From an uncultured delta proteobacterium (lineage in GTDB: Bacteria; Myxococcota; B64-G9), in assembly GCA_963754925.1 (NCBI GenBank), contig CAVWHX010000004.1:448001-512000 (forward strand): 64,000 nt of DNA. Reading direction: 5' to 3'. The notes under the pieces are model-generated. The model was not told the DNA's origin and ran no database searches. It saw only the letters and a list, made by a program, of their open reading frames with translations. A program made the position numbers and the translations under genes. Numbering within the stretch: position 1 is the stretch's first letter; every line of letters begins with the position of its first letter. Below are positions 60,919-64,000 of the stretch, one piece after another.

Positions 60919-62428
60919 ATGAATGCATCCGAAGCCTATGCCTGGTTGTGCAGAAATTCCCAAGAAAAAAGCATCCTTTCTTCCATCGGCGAGCTGCTCG
61001 CCTGGGATCAACGCACCGTCATCCCGACCGGCGGCCATGCCCACCGCGCCCGACAGCTTGCACTGGTCGCCAAGCTCGTCCATCAACGCTTAACCGACCC
61101 GCGCATCGGCGAACTACTCGCTATCGTCGATGGCAGCGCCGTTTGCGCCGATCCTTCGAGCCCGGAGGCGATCAACATCCGCGAATGGCGCAGGCGGTAC
61201 GAGCGCGCCCGCAAGGTTCCCGAACGCCTGATAGTCGAATTGGCCGAGGCCGCTGCGCTCAGCGAGAGCGCCTGGGAACACGCGCGCCCGAACAACGATT
61301 GGGCGAGCTTCGCCGGGCACCTCACCCGGCTGGTGCAGCTCAAGCGCGAGGTAGCCTCGGCCCTCGGATACCAGCACGAACCCTACGACGCCCTGCTCGA
61401 GGAGTATGAACCCGACCTGAATACCCAGCAGAATCGAGGCGCTCTTCGGCGTTTTGCGCCCAGCGTTGGTCGCCTTGCTCACCCGGATACGGGGCGCCCG
61501 CCGCAGGCCCAATCCTGCAGTTTTGCGGGGGCGTTTCCCGCGTTCCAAACAGGAGGCCCTCGGCCGGGAAGCCGCAACGCTCATCGGCTACGATTTCACC
61601 CGCGGACGGCTCGACTCGTCCGCCCATCCATTCACCATGTCCGCCGGTCCCAGTGATGTGCGGATTACGACCCGCTACGACAAGCGTTACTTCCCGACTG
61701 CGTTCTTCGCCACCTTACACGAGGCCGGCCATGCCCTCTATGAGCAAGGCCTGCCGGCCGAGCATGCGGGTACGCCCATCGGCGAGCCCGCCTCGTTGGG
61801 CATCCACGAGTCGCAATCGCGGTTGTGGGAAAACCTGGTTGGCCGCAGCGTCAGTTTTTGGCGTTACTTCCTCAAACGGGCACAGGGCCATTGCACGGCG
61901 CTTGCCGGCGTCAGTCTCGATGAGTTCGTCTTCGCCGTAAACGGCGTTGAACCCAGTTTGATACGCGTTGAGGCTGACGAAGTGACCTACAACTTACATA
62001 TTGTATTGCGCTTCGAGCTCGAGCTGCTGCTCCTGCGCGGCGATCTGACGGTAGCGGACCTGCCGGCGGCTTGGGATGAAAATATGCGCTCCCTGCTCGG
62101 GATACTGCCGCCCGATGCAGCCAGCGGGGTGCTGCAGGACGTGCACTGGGCGTCCGGAGCAATCGGTTACTTCCCCACCTATACCGTGGGCAATCTGGCC
62201 GCCGCCCAATTCTTCAAGAAGGCGCAACGCGACCTCGGCGATCTGGATCGGCTCTTTGCCATAGGCGACTTCGCTCCCTTTCTCGACTGGTTAAGGCGGC
62301 ATGTTCACGTCCACGGCGGCCGTTTCTGGCCGCGCGATTTGGTTCGACACGTGACGGGCGAGGATCTTTCCCCGGCTTTTTTGATCGAACACCTCGGCGA
62401 GAAATATACGCGGCTCTATAAGCTATGA
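60919..62428 (+). CDS. M32 carboxypeptidase (extra A at ~61432)
   Basis: LLAWDQRT, YDALLEEYEP, HPF, DVRITTR, HEAGH, HESQS, IRVEADE, QDVHW, GYFPTY. Confidence 0.93.
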
Positions 62429-63390
62429 ACCCTTCCCCGCCGAAATTCCCAGGCGGCGGACGCTTCCGCAGCCTGGCGCCAACCTTACGCCAGCGTTTTG
62501 GCGCGAACGTGTATAAGGTCACGCTCCGGGCAGGTTTTGGCTGCCCCAACCGCGATGGCCGGGTCGGATTCGGCGGGTGCCGGTTTTGTTCGCCGATCGC
62601 CCTGATACCCGCCGGTCGGGTCGTCTCCGGACCTATCGAAGCGCAGCTCCACTCAGGTCTCAAAACCCTGAGTCTCCGTCACGGCCCGGCCAAGGCGATT
62701 GCGTACTTCCAGGATGGCACGGCGACCGACGCGCCGATCGTGGTGTTGAGAGACCTGTACACCCGCGCCATGGCCGATCCGCGGGTGGTCATGCTGGCGG
62801 TGGGCACCCGCCCCGACTGGCTGCCTAACGAGGTGCTCGACGTGCTCGCTGAGTTGTCGGCCTGCAAACCCATCCTGCTTGAACTGGGCCTGCAATCGGC
62901 GAGCGAACGGTTGCTCGCCGCGCTCAACCGCAACCATACCGCGGCGGTCTTTGCCGACGCAGTGCGACGGGCGCACGCGCATCGAATCGAGGTGCTGGCG
63001 CATATCATTCTTGATTTGCCCGGTGAGACTGAAGCCGATCGCCGCCAAACGGCAGCGCAGCTTAACGACGTGCAGATCGAGGGGGTAAAAATTCACAACC
63101 TGCACGTCCTTGACGACACGCCCCTGGCAGACGACTATCGATCGGGACGGTTGGCGCTTCGCAGCCTGCCCGAGTATGCGGCTATTGCGGCGGACTTCAT
63201 CGAACGGCTCTCGAGCGCAACGGTCATTCACCGTCTGACCGGCGAGGGACCAAGCAGGCTGATGCTCGCCCCGCGCTGGGCGTCGGACAAACGCCGGGTG
63301 CTGGCCGAGATACATAGCGTCCTGAAACAGCGCGACAGTTGGCAGGGCAAGCTGGCCGCTGATTTCAAATCCGATTCCGGCACCGTATAA
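62425..63390 (+). CDS. Radical SAM protein, YhcC/TIGR01212 family
   Basis: GFGCPNRDG..GFGGCRFC, IAYFQ, GTRPD, ELGLQS, GVKIHNLHV, IHRLTG. Confidence 0.9.
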   Translation: MNPSPPKFPGGGRFRSLAPTLRQRFGANVYKVTLRAGFGCPNRDGRVGFGGCRFCSPIALIPAGRVVSGPIEAQLHSGLKTLSLRHGPAKAIAYFQDGTATDAPIVVLRDLYTRAMADPRVVMLAVGTRPDWLPNEVLDVLAELSACKPILLELGLQSASERLLAALNRNHTAAVFADAVRRAHAHRIEVLAHIILDLPGETEADRRQTAAQLNDVQIEGVKIHNLHVLDDTPLADDYRSGRLALRSLPEYAAIAADFIERLSSATVIHRLTGEGPSRLMLAPRWASDKRRVLAEIHSVLKQRDSWQGKLAADFKSDSGTV

Positions 63391-63404
63391 CCAAGGAGAA
63401 GCAC

Positions 63405-63926
63405 ATGGTTAAGATCGAGTGCATGCACGGCGACATCACCGCGCAAGAGGTAGACGCGATTGTCAACGCGGCGAACCGCAGCCTGCTCGGCGGCGGCGGG
63501 GTTGACGGAGCGATTCACCGCCGGGGCGGGCCCCGCATCCTCGAGGAGTGCAAGCAGCTTAGGGCAACCACGTACCCCAACGGGCTGCCGACCGGAAAGG
63601 CCGTGGCCACCGCTGCGGGAAATCTCAAGGCCCGCTGGGTAATTCACACCGTTGGTCCGATCTTCCATAGCTCCCGAGCTCCCGCCGACGAGCTGCGCTC
63701 CTGTCACGTTCAGGCGCTTAAGATCGCGGACGAGCTGGGCGCACGATCGGTGGCGTTCCCCGCAATTTCGACCGGCGCGTATGGGTACCCGGTGGATCAG
63801 GCCGCCGCAGTCGCCATCCAGGCGGTACACGATGCCAAAACCAAGGTTGAGCTCGTCCGTTTCGTTCTCTTTGATACGGAGACGCTGCGGGTCTTTGAGA
63901 AAGCGCTACGAAGACAAGACCAGTAA
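63405..63926 (+). CDS. Macrodomain O-acetyl-ADP-ribose deacetylase (YmdB-like)
   Basis: GDIT, IVNAANRSLLGGGGVDGAIH, IHTVGP, AFPAISTGAYGYP. Confidence 0.95.
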   Translation: MVKIECMHGDITAQEVDAIVNAANRSLLGGGGVDGAIHRRGGPRILEECKQLRATTYPNGLPTGKAVATAAGNLKARWVIHTVGPIFHSSRAPADELRSCHVQALKIADELGARSVAFPAISTGAYGYPVDQAAAVAIQAVHDAKTKVELVRFVLFDTETLRVFEKALRRQDQ

Positions 63927-64000
63927 GTAACCATTTTCTTTCGGGTGATAGTATCAGTACGCGCTGGGTGATGCAGCCAAGCCGCACGGCCGAGCAGGGG

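Overview
Bacterial chromosomal segment. Gene order and content suggest a Deltaproteobacteria/Myxococcota-like organism (inference). The left part (1-25.6 kb, almost all minus strand) carries two tandem B12-binding radical SAM paralogs under a TetR regulator, an NtrX/NtrY-like pair, an Omp85 protein and uppP, followed by the cluster kdsB-pyrG-kdsA-lpxL-lptC-lptA-lptB-rpoN-hpf-ptsN-hprK-rapZ-ptsH-ptsI-metK-ahcY and an NCS2 permease. The middle contains PilZ proteins, ftcD, an RpoH-family sigma factor, a pirin and a 9.8 kb island bracketed by a degenerate direct repeat of the pirin 3' end. The island holds (i) an AT-rich TetR-controlled redox operon and (ii) a compact module of NifA-like activator, sigma54 promoter, APC permease, PP2C phosphatase, an atypical P-II protein (Thr49, no Tyr51) and a Hanks kinase. 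This module is the best candidate for a novel system: a P-II phosphorylation circuit. The right part has hisI-hisG, a PEGA kinase, an orphan pilT, a LysM-TPR gene with a sensor kinase, clpX, an NTT-HEAT/ROK/cNMP cluster, two beta-barrel-like genes, an M32 carboxypeptidase, a YhcC-type radical SAM gene and a macrodomain gene. Two families of structured intergenic repeats recur, one nested inside the other. At least six genes have single-base frameshifts that look like sequencing indels. No rRNA, tRNA, CRISPR array or transposase was seen.
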